Assembly: GCA_963785725.1 (NCBI GenBank)
Contig: CAWAWS010000014.1
Span: 64,001-128,000 of the forward strand
Direction of reading: 5' to 3'
Source: an uncultured delta proteobacterium
GTDB lineage: Bacteria > Myxococcota_A > Polyangia > Palsa-1104
DNA length: 64,000 nucleotides
The notes beneath the pieces were generated by a model that saw only the letters and a list, made by a program, of their open reading frames with translations, ran no database searches and was not told the DNA's origin. The translations under genes and the position numbers were made by a program. Below are positions 63,708 through 64,000 of this stretch, in pieces; the stretch's first letter is position 1; every line of letters begins with the position of its first letter.

Positions 63708-64000
63708 GCTGCCGCCGATCGTCATCTGGTTCGGCGTCGTGTCGCTCTTGACCGATGTCGGCACCGAGATGATCTATCCGCTCTTGCCGCTGTTCTTGGC
63801 CGACGTGCTGCACGCGCCGCGCACGTTCATCGGCGCCGTCGAAGGCGCGGCCGAGGCGACGGCGTCGCTCTTGAAGCTGGTGTCCGGCCGCTGGAGTGAT
63901 CGGCTGCGGCGGCGTAAGCCGTTGACGGTCGCGGGTTACGGCTTGTCGTCGCTGGTGCGGCCGCTCGTCGGTCTGGCGCTGCAGCCGTGGCACGTGCTGG
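63691..64000 (+). CDS. MFS transporter, 5' part (runs off the window)
   Basis: TTG 63691: ...VSLLTDVGTEMIYPLLPLFL...IGAVEG.AE..ASLLKLVSG.WSDR..RRKPL..AGY. Confidence 0.85.
   Translation, partial: MTKKSRLPPIVIWFGVVSLLTDVGTEMIYPLLPLFLADVLHAPRTFIGAVEGAAEATASLLKLVSGRWSDRLRRRKPLTVAGYGLSSLVRPLVGLALQPWHVL

Overview
High-GC (about 70% by eye), gene-dense bacterial DNA. The gene content points to Myxococcota, probably Polyangia-like: Cys-rich lipoproteins, a REC-DUF4388-J-TPR protein, a MerR-TPR protein, a myxobacterial-type pilin and a sigma54 activator. I can support about 55 CDS, mostly housekeeping or envelope genes (leuA-like/thiolase/fused aconitase, oppDF, gshB, add, CBS plus cystathionine gamma-lyase, astA, ssb, rseP, uvrC, several glycosyltransferases). 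I saw no rRNA, tRNA, CRISPR array or mobile element. The strongest candidate for an undescribed system is a two-gene operon at 24504-29438. It encodes an Hsp70 whose helical lid is replaced by TPR repeats plus a Lon protease domain with an intact Ser-Lys dyad, and a membrane-anchored J-domain/TPR partner with a non-HPD motif. Other highlights: (1) a selenoprotein the ORF track splits (RHFG-U-MFC, with a SECIS-like hairpin, 52230-52772); (2) a type IV pilin with a sigma70-type leaderless promoter, coupled to a DUF2723 glycosyltransferase that lacks a canonical start codon; (3) many -10 hexamers sitting just before start codons, suggesting leaderless and bidirectional transcription. Nine single-base frameshifts in five ordinary genes look like sequencing or assembly errors. 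All family assignments come from recognising motifs by eye; no searches were run.
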